Source of the DNA: a virus
Length of the DNA stretch: 64,000 nucleotides
Strand: one strand, 5' to 3'
IMG/VR virus record: IMGVR_UViG_3300020183_000020
Location: 32,001-96,000 of that record
Both the position numbers and the translations under genes were made by a program. This document shows, piece after piece, positions 38,001-47,231 of the stretch (the stretch's first letter is position 1; the number at the start of each line of letters is the position of its first letter). The notes beneath the pieces were generated by a model, which worked only from the letters and a program-made list of their open reading frames with translations, ran no database searches and had not been told where the DNA came from.

Positions 38001-38376
38001 TGACACGGGACTATCCAATAACGCGAGTGTAGAGGGCGGGGTAAATGCACGGGTTTTCCTTGATGGGCAGGAGATACCTTTGTTGGGCATCTCACAAAGA
38101 TCATTTAAGGCAAATTGGATAAAAACCTCAGCCACAATCATGGGGGTAGAGGGACTGAGCGTTTATGACACAGGTCTAGGTGTTTATGTAGATGTCCCAA
38201 ATACACAACACAAGGTGGGATTATGTTTACCCATAGGGGATCATCCGAGTAACCACACGATAAGTGTCAACTACACAACAGGCGATTCCACAGGTGTAGT
38301 CAGAGATGTGGTGATAAATGAGTTCTCATATCTACAGGTGGGGGATGTGAGCTTTACTTACGAGGAGGCGAGATGA
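35074..38376 (+). CDS. Baseplate J-like wedge protein with N-terminal Ig/Fn3-like extension
   Basis: GSAIRDLMIDP, LASNFGLSRR...ARGEVIF, GNL..GQI, GGQDIESNSDL, GT..GY, GKVDVWI. Confidence 0.88.
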   Translation: MSLFEIIRPDGVKTSAASVVYSTLREEVVLRGNISDYTEITILFNGTSYTSVGVDADIEIIGTTWIFPSMGGIDISQGSNSFEITASGAGLTDKTIRLDVVSPENEQVTPPSAPTNIRIGRSQNAVDISFDHTDNDVTYYNIYGSTSSGGGLNGYYLINAIPLDPVSYGVRTERITELGGLTADLSPSVADPLFVEVQALQNSSSAVLSTASLGDVEIPETTTRIRVSAVVSAMSLSVEMKFRHSRTATPNSQPPTYQVGEFSTLPATSPIYYVVTAVKVVDDLEIESVYSIEVSGQPIDIQTTTLSLPNVSDSDLTTSLIQTIYAADEDAAVQAGSAIRDLMIDPMVSELSRNRFVLDFSYRATSFLSLLNIDDPLNTGASISVSNSSYKLALKDALFLQTDVQTQNIIDGAFERLASNFGLSRRLGVRARGEVIFYLSNKPTFTLSVPLGTVLTGGGVSFKTIQSGGFSAENAASLYNPVRKRYELTLQIEAIEEGLRGNLTSGQITQGAPAGLRVINTAATFGGQDIESNSDLTARSLGYLSSVDVGTRNGYLRVARETSGVVSVLVIDADSPYMVRDDGLGGKVDVWIRGESVASVTDTYAPTYKTKRGARFLPLVSEGSYLFKLADASSPSLFAMIDREDLGLGLKNATSGEFFDLTDAVITNGTTIQLEVSITQPTYAFGDIILGDYRSEISSDIHLDRQPVREVVSVTKPDGSNLEFDFFKSEDPLMLGQSTRASDYIRVQNDGLEKIIDVTQEAHTLIGFYPDRLANLGVDVNSIVVTNTSGVVFDSPLDPSVTSPDYEIISEGDVVSIRRTSAAGGITDGEVVLVTYQHLENITVTYKTNIVLSNLQVELEANKHLGADVLAKEVSPVYVDIKAVVVLERGSNINTVDSLIRNNLSNLILGQVLGGSLRVSDIIREIDGTTGVAYVIMPLTQLALQAGGSILREPVVVGSLRNITQLNNSTHQVWILDTGLSNNASVEGGVNARVFLDGQEIPLLGISQRSFKANWIKTSATIMGVEGLSVYDTGLGVYVDVPNTQHKVGLCLPIGDHPSNHTISVNYTTGDSTGVVRDVVINEFSYLQVGDVSFTYEEAR

Positions 38377-41300
38377 GTATTTATCCATATGATCCTAGAG
38401 TTCAAAAAGACCCTTTGGGTAGAAAGTCTAGTTCACGCCGACTCCTTGAGGATATCTTGGCGGAACGCATCGTTTCTTCTCTAGCTAGGAGCACCGCTTC
38501 TAACTATATCACGGAAGCATATGGAGCAAATCACAGGATATTTTATGAGGGCATAGCGGCTATCTTAGCAGAGTTCTTGGTGGACTCGGTGGATAACATA
38601 GACGATGCCGATCTCACACAAATGAGAGCTGAGTTTATCTCGACAAGGCTTTTGTACTCTGTCTTTCCACCCAACGAATCTGCCATACCCTCCACGGATA
38701 CCATTGAAGAACTGCACTCCATTCTTCAGGACACGCTGAAGTCGCTCTTCAAGGGAAGCGGTAACTCCTCAATTCTAGAGGCTTTAAACTCTCTTGGTTC
38801 AGAAGTCTCCTTAGAGATTGAAAACTTTGTTGTTAATCTCACATCTAGCATCCTCAGCATCACTTCTATAGCTGAGGATCACCGACACTTTGTGTTCTCT
38901 CGACCCACGGGATTGGGAAGCACAAGTTATCCTATTGGTATGAAGTGGGGAGATGCACTTCATACCCATCTAGTTATTGATGGTGTGGTTCAGCCTTATA
39001 CGGATACGCAGGGGACTACACACACTCACGAGGCATCTCTTGGTCTAAGTCTCAATGTTCTTAAGATTCAGGAAAATCTAAGAAAGGTATTTTCGGTTCT
39101 TAAGCCAGCCCACATAAAGACGGGTGTGGTCGCTTCTCTCTTAGAAGAAGATGAGACTCTTGGCGTGACTGAGGATGGAATGTCTTTATCCTTGGGTGAG
39201 TTCCACCAAGAGGATATGAGAAAAGTCCGTCTAGGGACATGGGGAGATGTCTTGTTTGGATATGCCTCTAATAAGACCCTGAGGCTCTATCGAACAAACA
39301 TCACCAAACCCAACTCTCTTCTGATTAAAGCCTCTGAAAATGCTCCCTCTGGTCAACGCCGAAGAGTCATCTCCGTCTCTAACAGCACACCACCCTCAGG
39401 TGACTATCCAATTTGGAGTTTTCCATTAGACGCAGTAGCCGAGGAAGTGTTACGCGACATAGGAGTGGATGTCTTATCCGTAGATGCTGATGGTTTTGTT
39501 GTTGGCAAGAACACATCTACTTCTACAACCCAAATGTTATCCTATTTGGGTGATGGTAGTTTGGTGTTGTTAAACGGTGTGGCGTATTACTTGGATATGT
39601 TTCTAAAAACACCCGTCAAACACAAGTTATCTGCCAAGGTCATTCAACTAGATTCTGTGAGTGCATCTCAGGGCGTTGTGGAAATCACAAACCTCTCTAG
39701 TCCTTGGAAGGTTCGGCAAGACATACGCTATGAGAGCTACACCTTTACTTATTATCCGCCTGATATTTCAAATCTGTGGTTTAGTTTCCCTGATCTCAAT
39801 ATCCGTTTCTTTTACAAGGGAATCGCCTTAGGTCTCACACAATCATGTTCTATATTCGTGAATGGCATCGAATTACCAGCCGATAAAATCAAGTTTTACA
39901 GCTATTTTGACAATCGGTTTTATGTTTTAAATCCCGATGGATCATCATATCTAAATGACCTTGATAGGATAACCATCGTTTATCCATATGACGAAGATGA
40001 AGTCTATCGGTTTACAGCACTAAACGATACTCGTTTGGTCTTAAATGCTACCCGCAAGCTCGGACAAGTCACCACCACACAAGGTCGTAAGTCTGCCTAC
40101 TCCGCCCCCTCCGCTCCACCTTATTATATAAGACGGAAAAACTTTGTACTGAACAAAGTAGAACCCATAAGCCCTTTGTTTTTTGAACAAAGAGAGGCTA
40201 GCTATGGTCTTAATTCTACATCCACGACAAACACCACCACACAATATCTAAATAGCTCTTTTATACTGAATAGAGTATCCTCGTCATCTAAGGTATCAAA
40301 CATATCAGCCCCCGCTACGGCAAACCTAAGCACGAGCGATGGGAAAATATCTTTTGTTCAACTCGGCTTCAAACCTGATTACATACTATCAATAACGGAT
40401 ACTGATGGGAATGAATATCTAGGCACATTGGATAGTGGGTATTTATTGGTGCAGGGTGTGGATGTCTTAACGACCCTTGAGATATCGGCTGTAAGTTCAA
40501 ACCCGCTCACAAGTGAAGGCACTTGGTTCTCGGGAGAGAAACTCCTTGAAGGTCAAGCCCCACTTAAGAAACCAACACATTCATTCAGCGGTTTATCCGA
40601 AAGCACCTCAGATGAGATTATGTCTAATCCTTTGGGATTAGCTGAACCTCAAATAGGTGGCGGATATAAAGATGCAACACGAAGCGTTATTGCTCGATCT
40701 TCCACGACTCAAGTCGGAGTGGCAGGGGAACCCGTCTTTTATGAAGATCGCCCCACCGCGTTTTATGTGGGTGGTTATTTATCCGAATTACACACCGAGA
40801 CTTCTTATGTAGACGATGTGTTGTATGGGGATTACTCTCTGTACACGCTTGGACCTATCTCGACAACAGAGCTAACCACATTCACAACAATCCCCACCTA
40901 CTTGTTCTTTCAGTACAACTCCCTCAGTTTATTCGGAGGGGACGGATACTACTTCTCGATTTATCGGATAAGTAGTGATGGGATCAAATACTATCAAACC
41001 CTTTATCCGATTGCAGACGGAGGCGGCTTTGAGTGTTTTGAACAACACCCGTCTCCTCCGAATGGGGCTCCTCTTGCATATAGATGGATAGACCAAGGAA
41101 CAGGAAGCGGCTTTAGCCTCAACTACGATAATGGAAACTTCGACTTTCCGTTATATGAAGCTGACCCAAATGGATACTTTAATCATATTCCAAATCAGAC
41201 CTATTACATAGAAGTATATATGGAGCAAAACGCAGGTGCTGATGGACTTAGGTTTTTCTCTAGTGGCACGAATGCCCCCTACGCATTAAATACCCCTTGG

Positions 41301-44300
41301 GCTTCTTCTTCCGAAGTTTATGACTTAGATGACCCTATGGACATGGGGTTCAACAAGACCTACACTTTTCAGGTCACTTTTGCGACAAATCCAGGAGAGG
41401 TCACTTCTTGGCTGATGGTCTCAGACCCTGATGTTCTTGCCCCCAAATCCTCCGAAGATGTCGGGGCAAGTATTGAGATTGTGGCAGATGTGTTTTATCC
41501 AAGCGAGCCACTACATGGAGATCGCTTATCTTTTATCCCTAGCAGCATTTACAACACAATCACACCTGAGATACCACTCATCTCCATATCAGATGTTGTA
41601 GACGCTCCCACAGATGCTTTAACTTTCGCTCAGTCCAAGTTTATCCAAGAAAACATACCTGCACCTACGGATGTACTCAGCACAAGTTATCTCATCCTCC
41701 CTAGCTCCGTCACCGAAACCACTCAATCTATTACGGATAGTTTCAGTTACCTTTATCGCTTGTCCATAATGGATAGCTTGTCATCCATCAATGACTCCAC
41801 ATCTACCCAAATCATTACTCTGATATTGGATAGTTTATCCGTAATAGATAATGCGGATGCGGTTTTGGGTCTTTACTTTTCAGATGGAGTCTCTCTTATT
41901 TCGGACTCCGTGTCTGTTTTGGAGAGTTTGTCTTTAAATTTGGGAGATTCTTTAGGTCTTAGTGATGCGGCATCAGTCACTTATGGTTTTGTACCTGCAT
42001 TATCGGCGGATAATATCCCTAATCTCTTGGACAATGTTTCTACTTCTGAAACCAAGTTCATACAAGACACACTCGCTTCAATCACGGATAGCGTAATAAC
42101 AGGTCTATCGGGATTTAACTTTTCTGATGTGTTGGGTGCCTCATCTGATGAAGTAGAGACCCTTTACGCCTACCTGCCGAGGACTGCATCAGATGTCATC
42201 AACAACATTCTTGATGCTGTTCTCTTAAGATACTCCACTTCAGTATCCGATAACCTAAGCCCTATCTTGGATAGCGTTCTCTCACAATTGTCTGCATATC
42301 TGTTATTGGATAGTGTGACCTTTAGTGATGTAGTGACCACATCATATGCGTACACGCCCATGCAGGTCCAAGATGCAGTATCGGGTATCTCAGATCAGAT
42401 TTCTTTTGGCATCTCCACAAATGTCTCTGAAGTGTTATCCGTGACTGATGATTTATCCTATCTCTTTGGGGATTCCCTGAGTGTGCAGGATAGTCTGAGC
42501 GTTACGGATAGTGTGATCACATCTTACCTGTATGGCAACATTGGGATAACAGAGAGTGTTGCGGGGATTTTGGATAGTGTGATCACATCTTATTTGTATG
42601 CGGCTGTGGGTGTGTCTGATGAAGTAGTTGAGTTGGTAGATAGCGTCTTTGCCCGAATTAAGAGCTTGAGTGTTCAGGACAGCCTGAGCGTTACGGATAG
42701 CGGATTGGTATTTATCGCATCCACCAACCTCACCGATAACATCTCCATTACGGATAGTGCGGGGTTCCGTGTACCTGTCGTATCGTTATTGGATAGTGTG
42801 GATATAACGGATGAAGGAGGTGCGTTTATAGCGTCTCAGTCGGTGTCTGATCTTGTGCCTGTGTTGGGGGATGAAATATCATCATTACTAGAGTTGGGGG
42901 CTGTTTCGGTATCGGATTTAATAATTGTGTCTGATAGCGTAGTGGCGAGCTATGAGTACACGGCGGCGGTGGTTTTGGAAGAGGGTGTACAGATAGACGA
43001 TTCAACGGAAACGAGTTTAAGGCTTGTGCTGTCGGATAGCGTATCAGCATCCACGGATACCATCTCTACTTCAGCCGTTTTTGTTCCGATGAATCAAACG
43101 GATAGTGTAGGTGTTGTTTCGGATGCACTAACGACTAGTTATTTACTCTTGCCTAGTTCTGTGGTGGAGAGTGTGCCTAGTGTTGCGGATACGACATCGT
43201 TGTCTTTGAGTTTGACTTCTGTTGTAACGGAGGCTCTCGTATCCGTTTCGGACGATTGGACTGCCTATATATCGTCCAAATCTGTATTGGATAGTGTGGG
43301 TGTAATCACGGATGAAGTTTTGACGACTTATGACGAGTTTTTGAGTTTGGTTGATGGGAGCATTTTATTTTCAGGGGAGGACACATCTTACTTGGTGGGA
43401 GCGGATATATCTGCTTTTGACACTTCGACAACCGCCTTCAGGGTGGAGTGGTGGATGTATTTGGATAGTTCAGGGGGAGGGACGAATCCTGTAGTGTTTT
43501 CTAGGAACTTGCGTGGGACTTCGGATAGGTTCAGAGTTAGGTTATTGAGCCGAACGGGATTAGAGTTTTCGGTTTCAACAGGTTCGGCATCTGTATCCAA
43601 CAACTTCGGTTCAGTTCCGAATGACGAGTGGGTTCACATCGCCCTTGTTGGTCGTAGTTCTCAAATACGAGCTTATGCCAATGGAGTTCAGCTTGGTAGC
43701 ACTTGGTCAACCACCTACAACATAAACAACTCAAGTGCGGCTAATCTTTACATAGGTAACGAAACAACTCCCGTAGCCGATAATGCCTTTAAGGGATACC
43801 TTACAAACTTAAGGTATCTCTATCAGATTTCAGGTACGGCGGATTTGACCACAAGGACGGGAACTTTCAGTATTCCACTTGCCCCACTTCCAAGTGTGAG
43901 CATAAATGTCTTTAGACTTGTGGCTACTGATGCTGCGACCGCGTTCACAGGTACGGGTACTACACTATCCAACACATCTTCGGTGTCATGGTCGAGTGAA
44001 GTACCCACCTTGGCGAATCCTATGTCCTCTTTGTCGTTGAGTGGGGTTCTTTCTTATCCGTATTACAACGGATATCTCAGCCGAACGGGAGAGTCGGACT
44101 TCAACTTAGGTGCGGGAGATTTTACGATAGAGTGGTTTCAGTACCTGACTAACGAACAACTCAGTACTAGTTACAGCCATCGGGCATACATCTTTGATCT
44201 AGATTATCCGGGTGCGTCTAAACAACTATCCATTTACTATGATGCGGCATTAGAGACGATATATTTGGCATATCGGATAAATGCTTCGACAAACTACACC

Positions 44301-45734
44301 ATAGGGTTTGCGGTAAATAATATACGCGACCGCTGGAGTCACTTTGCACTAACACGCTACAGCGGAACTCTTTATCTTGCCCAAAATGGATATTCATTGG
44401 CGGCGACCAAGATAGATGACAGCTTGAGTTTGGTGACTTCTTTGGACTTCACGGGGGCAAGCAATGGAAGCCTCTACATAGGCGGAGATAAAGCCCAAAC
44501 CGCCAATTATTACTTTAATGGATACTTATCGAACTTCCGTATGAGCGTTGGAGTAGCAAGATACACCTCTCAAGATGCACCCTTTACGCCTCCATCGACA
44601 CAACTCTCTACAGATGCCAACACCAAACTTCTACTCTTAGCTGTTTCTGATGCCACTACAGACAGTAGTGGTTTATCCAATACCATGACGGCAACAAATG
44701 TGGAGCGAGAAGATTTTAGTGGGGCTTATGGGAACGACAAGCTGAGTGTGGCAGTACAGACTTCTAGTACGCTTTACAGTAGTGCTGCTCAGTTCTTTGT
44801 GTACTCGGAAAACGATTATTATGCCCGACAAGCCCAAGGGGACAACACATATCCTACCCTTGTGTCGAGCCTTCCGAGATTTATGGAATTCCCTACCAAT
44901 GCCTTGGCTTATGAGGGTTTATATAAGGGCTCATTCTCTGCCGCTGTAAGTGCGGGTTATTCCAATACATCCCCGACACAAGCGGATTTGATCTATAGAG
45001 CCTTATCTACGAGTACGATTAATCATCGTATCGAGGAATATAACTCTCCGACACAACCTACCGAGTATAAAATCTTCGCTAGGTTAAATAACGATGCGAG
45101 CCCTACGCCTGAGTTCAACATCGCTTTTAAATATACGGATAATACATGGGGTAGTTATTACAACTTATTCCCTTCTACAGGGGCATTGAATGTAAAACGC
45201 AACTATCTTCACACACTTAGAGTTAATACAGACGGAACAACAACATTCACACAAGATACAACGGGTCAGACGGCTATTTATCCATACGCCACACAAGTGC
45301 GATTGTATGCCTATTTCAAGAACCTTGATAATGGATTAGGGGCTGCCGCAGACCCACAATCCAAGATATTGCTCCGCACCGATCCTTCATTAGGTGTTGT
45401 GACGGGGAGAGTAGTGAGTGTGCCTAGTGAGTACTCAGGCACGGGTGGATTAATCCCCAAGTCCGAAATAACGAACACAAATAATGTGTCTCAGGTTTCT
45501 TGGTCTGTGACTACAGGGACAAAATACAGACTTTATTTGGATAAGGACGCGGGCGTTGATTTAATCCTAGCCTTTAGAGCTTACACCTACTCGGCAGGTG
45601 CAACGGACTACAACACTCTGTATGACTCAAACAATCCGCCTGATTACAGATCATTTTCTAACCTGATCTGTCAGCAAAACTTGTTTCTTCAGGTTCTTGA
45701 AGACGGAAGCATCCTCATAACCCAAGCCTCATAA
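38373..45734 (+). CDS. Large baseplate-anchored fibre protein (KPAH wedge-like N-terminus, Asp/Ser repeat shaft, two LamG-like domains)
   Basis: LKPAH; HxH triplets; DS repeats; FTIEW..Y, W.H.AL, F.GYL.N.R. Confidence 0.8.
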   Translation: MSIYPYDPRVQKDPLGRKSSSRRLLEDILAERIVSSLARSTASNYITEAYGANHRIFYEGIAAILAEFLVDSVDNIDDADLTQMRAEFISTRLLYSVFPPNESAIPSTDTIEELHSILQDTLKSLFKGSGNSSILEALNSLGSEVSLEIENFVVNLTSSILSITSIAEDHRHFVFSRPTGLGSTSYPIGMKWGDALHTHLVIDGVVQPYTDTQGTTHTHEASLGLSLNVLKIQENLRKVFSVLKPAHIKTGVVASLLEEDETLGVTEDGMSLSLGEFHQEDMRKVRLGTWGDVLFGYASNKTLRLYRTNITKPNSLLIKASENAPSGQRRRVISVSNSTPPSGDYPIWSFPLDAVAEEVLRDIGVDVLSVDADGFVVGKNTSTSTTQMLSYLGDGSLVLLNGVAYYLDMFLKTPVKHKLSAKVIQLDSVSASQGVVEITNLSSPWKVRQDIRYESYTFTYYPPDISNLWFSFPDLNIRFFYKGIALGLTQSCSIFVNGIELPADKIKFYSYFDNRFYVLNPDGSSYLNDLDRITIVYPYDEDEVYRFTALNDTRLVLNATRKLGQVTTTQGRKSAYSAPSAPPYYIRRKNFVLNKVEPISPLFFEQREASYGLNSTSTTNTTTQYLNSSFILNRVSSSSKVSNISAPATANLSTSDGKISFVQLGFKPDYILSITDTDGNEYLGTLDSGYLLVQGVDVLTTLEISAVSSNPLTSEGTWFSGEKLLEGQAPLKKPTHSFSGLSESTSDEIMSNPLGLAEPQIGGGYKDATRSVIARSSTTQVGVAGEPVFYEDRPTAFYVGGYLSELHTETSYVDDVLYGDYSLYTLGPISTTELTTFTTIPTYLFFQYNSLSLFGGDGYYFSIYRISSDGIKYYQTLYPIADGGGFECFEQHPSPPNGAPLAYRWIDQGTGSGFSLNYDNGNFDFPLYEADPNGYFNHIPNQTYYIEVYMEQNAGADGLRFFSSGTNAPYALNTPWASSSEVYDLDDPMDMGFNKTYTFQVTFATNPGEVTSWLMVSDPDVLAPKSSEDVGASIEIVADVFYPSEPLHGDRLSFIPSSIYNTITPEIPLISISDVVDAPTDALTFAQSKFIQENIPAPTDVLSTSYLILPSSVTETTQSITDSFSYLYRLSIMDSLSSINDSTSTQIITLILDSLSVIDNADAVLGLYFSDGVSLISDSVSVLESLSLNLGDSLGLSDAASVTYGFVPALSADNIPNLLDNVSTSETKFIQDTLASITDSVITGLSGFNFSDVLGASSDEVETLYAYLPRTASDVINNILDAVLLRYSTSVSDNLSPILDSVLSQLSAYLLLDSVTFSDVVTTSYAYTPMQVQDAVSGISDQISFGISTNVSEVLSVTDDLSYLFGDSLSVQDSLSVTDSVITSYLYGNIGITESVAGILDSVITSYLYAAVGVSDEVVELVDSVFARIKSLSVQDSLSVTDSGLVFIASTNLTDNISITDSAGFRVPVVSLLDSVDITDEGGAFIASQSVSDLVPVLGDEISSLLELGAVSVSDLIIVSDSVVASYEYTAAVVLEEGVQIDDSTETSLRLVLSDSVSASTDTISTSAVFVPMNQTDSVGVVSDALTTSYLLLPSSVVESVPSVADTTSLSLSLTSVVTEALVSVSDDWTAYISSKSVLDSVGVITDEVLTTYDEFLSLVDGSILFSGEDTSYLVGADISAFDTSTTAFRVEWWMYLDSSGGGTNPVVFSRNLRGTSDRFRVRLLSRTGLEFSVSTGSASVSNNFGSVPNDEWVHIALVGRSSQIRAYANGVQLGSTWSTTYNINNSSAANLYIGNETTPVADNAFKGYLTNLRYLYQISGTADLTTRTGTFSIPLAPLPSVSINVFRLVATDAATAFTGTGTTLSNTSSVSWSSEVPTLANPMSSLSLSGVLSYPYYNGYLSRTGESDFNLGAGDFTIEWFQYLTNEQLSTSYSHRAYIFDLDYPGASKQLSIYYDAALETIYLAYRINASTNYTIGFAVNNIRDRWSHFALTRYSGTLYLAQNGYSLAATKIDDSLSLVTSLDFTGASNGSLYIGGDKAQTANYYFNGYLSNFRMSVGVARYTSQDAPFTPPSTQLSTDANTKLLLLAVSDATTDSSGLSNTMTATNVEREDFSGAYGNDKLSVAVQTSSTLYSSAAQFFVYSENDYYARQAQGDNTYPTLVSSLPRFMEFPTNALAYEGLYKGSFSAAVSAGYSNTSPTQADLIYRALSTSTINHRIEEYNSPTQPTEYKIFARLNNDASPTPEFNIAFKYTDNTWGSYYNLFPSTGALNVKRNYLHTLRVNTDGTTTFTQDTTGQTAIYPYATQVRLYAYFKNLDNGLGAAADPQSKILLRTDPSLGVVTGRVVSVPSEYSGTGGLIPKSEITNTNNVSQVSWSVTTGTKYRLYLDKDAGVDLILAFRAYTYSAGATDYNTLYDSNNPPDYRSFSNLICQQNLFLQVLEDGSILITQAS
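41570..43335 (+). repeat. Protein-level repeat region ([DE]-[SN]-h-x-x-h-x-D, about 20-25 aa period)
   Basis: SVQDSLSVTDS twice; GGATAGTGTGATCACATCTTA twice at DNA level. Confidence 0.75.
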
Positions 45735-45745
45735 ACCACCCATCA

Positions 45746-45757
45746 TAAATCATTTAT
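45746..45757 (+). promoter_or_regulatory. Late-type motif TAAATCATTTAT
   Basis: Matches TA-N5-TTTAT. Confidence 0.55.
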
Positions 45758-45795
45758 AGACGCAGGTCTATGAACTAACAACAGGAGTATCCGAA

Positions 45796-46467
45796 ATGAT
45801 GATCATCACAGGAAAAGTACACGCACTTGTTCGTAACTGCAAGGGCGAGATTGTTCAGGAAGTCTTTGGGCCGAACGCCGTGGTGGAGATGTCCAACAAT
45901 ATCCTGATGGATGCGGTCTTCCCTAAACTTGGAACAAATGCAGCCCCCACAGCGATTCCCAATCGCCCTGAGGGAACAAACATGACTGATAATACAACCT
46001 TCCCCTCAGGAGGAAACTTCATAGGGGCAGGGGGAGCGGATCAAACTATCCAAGAAGCGGCGAGGAACCACATAGCTTATATAGCAATTGGCGACAATGA
46101 AGGTTCTAACGACACAGGTGTGGCGAACCAAAACCAAAAGGTCACTATGGTGGATACAGATTTCGATCCCACCAATGCTGTGACCGTCTATGCTCGGAGA
46201 GTCGATTCCGTGACCTTCCCTGCATACAACCAAGTACGCTTCACCACAACTTATTCCACAGCACAAGGAAACCTAGCGGGCGGGATTGCCGAAATTGGAT
46301 TGTGGACGGCAGGGAACAATGCCGATGCGGATGGATTCCTGACCAATGAAGTGCCTACGGCATCGACCAATATGAGACTTTTTGCCCGTAAGATTTTAGC
46401 GAATACCATCACCAAGACAGATGACGGTACATTAGAGATCAACTACACGCTTACTTTTGGTGCTTAA
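45796..46467 (+). CDS. Tail/baseplate structural protein
   Basis: FTTTY...IAEIGL...LFARK...ITKT...LEINYTLTF. Confidence 0.7.
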   Translation: MMIITGKVHALVRNCKGEIVQEVFGPNAVVEMSNNILMDAVFPKLGTNAAPTAIPNRPEGTNMTDNTTFPSGGNFIGAGGADQTIQEAARNHIAYIAIGDNEGSNDTGVANQNQKVTMVDTDFDPTNAVTVYARRVDSVTFPAYNQVRFTTTYSTAQGNLAGGIAEIGLWTAGNNADADGFLTNEVPTASTNMRLFARKILANTITKTDDGTLEINYTLTFGA

Positions 46468-46559
46468 GTTTAGGGTATTGTAATGCGACGCTAGGTCTTG
46501 GGAGGCTTGCTAGTTATTAAATACTCCATCACCTAGCCCCATAGGTAATGGAGGACAAT

Positions 46560-47216
46560 ATGATCAAGTCTCAAATCCCTGCCCCTAAGACATCAGCTAT
46601 CCAATTTGGACTTGGGTTTTCTGAGCTAGGTGTTAAAGTCAAAGGCGATGTGTTTGGAGTTCTAATCCACGCAGATGGATCAGAAGAAGTGGTATTGGAT
46701 AAGTCTAATATCTACACATTAGATGGGGGCGTATTAGCTGCGTTGTTGTTCTCGGGTGACGCAAGAGCGAGGGCAATAGATATGCTCGGTGTGGGTACGG
46801 GAGCGAGCGGAAATGCACAATCCCCTGATGTTGCGGATAATCGCCAAAGAAGACTCCAAACACCACTCTATCGTAAGGAGTTTTCTACTCCCATTTTCCG
46901 TACCTCTTCGGGAGCCATTTCGGAAGATGGTGATGGTAACTCAATTCCCACCAATATTGTAGACTTCACAACCACCTTTGAGGCGAGTGAAGCTGTTGGT
47001 GCCTTGACTGAAATGGGTCTTTTATCCACATCGAGCGGGGTAGAGGGTTCCGTCTTTGACCCTGTACAAGAGTCGGGATCAGATGTGGTTTTCCCAAGTA
47101 GAGACACCACAATTGATATCACCGAGTACGATGTGTTGGTCAATTATCTCACTTTTCCCGTGATAAACAAACCCAATGGATCAGTCTTAGCCATAACATG
47201 GCGACTCACCTTTTAA
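46560..47216 (+). CDS. Tail/baseplate structural protein, related to 45796-46467
   Basis: DFTTTF..EAVGALTEMGL...INKP...LAITWRLTF; GGAGG RBS before ATG 46560. Confidence 0.7.
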   Translation: MIKSQIPAPKTSAIQFGLGFSELGVKVKGDVFGVLIHADGSEEVVLDKSNIYTLDGGVLAALLFSGDARARAIDMLGVGTGASGNAQSPDVADNRQRRLQTPLYRKEFSTPIFRTSSGAISEDGDGNSIPTNIVDFTTTFEASEAVGALTEMGLLSTSSGVEGSVFDPVQESGSDVVFPSRDTTIDITEYDVLVNYLTFPVINKPNGSVLAITWRLTF

Positions 47217-47231
47217 GAGCGAGTATCCATA

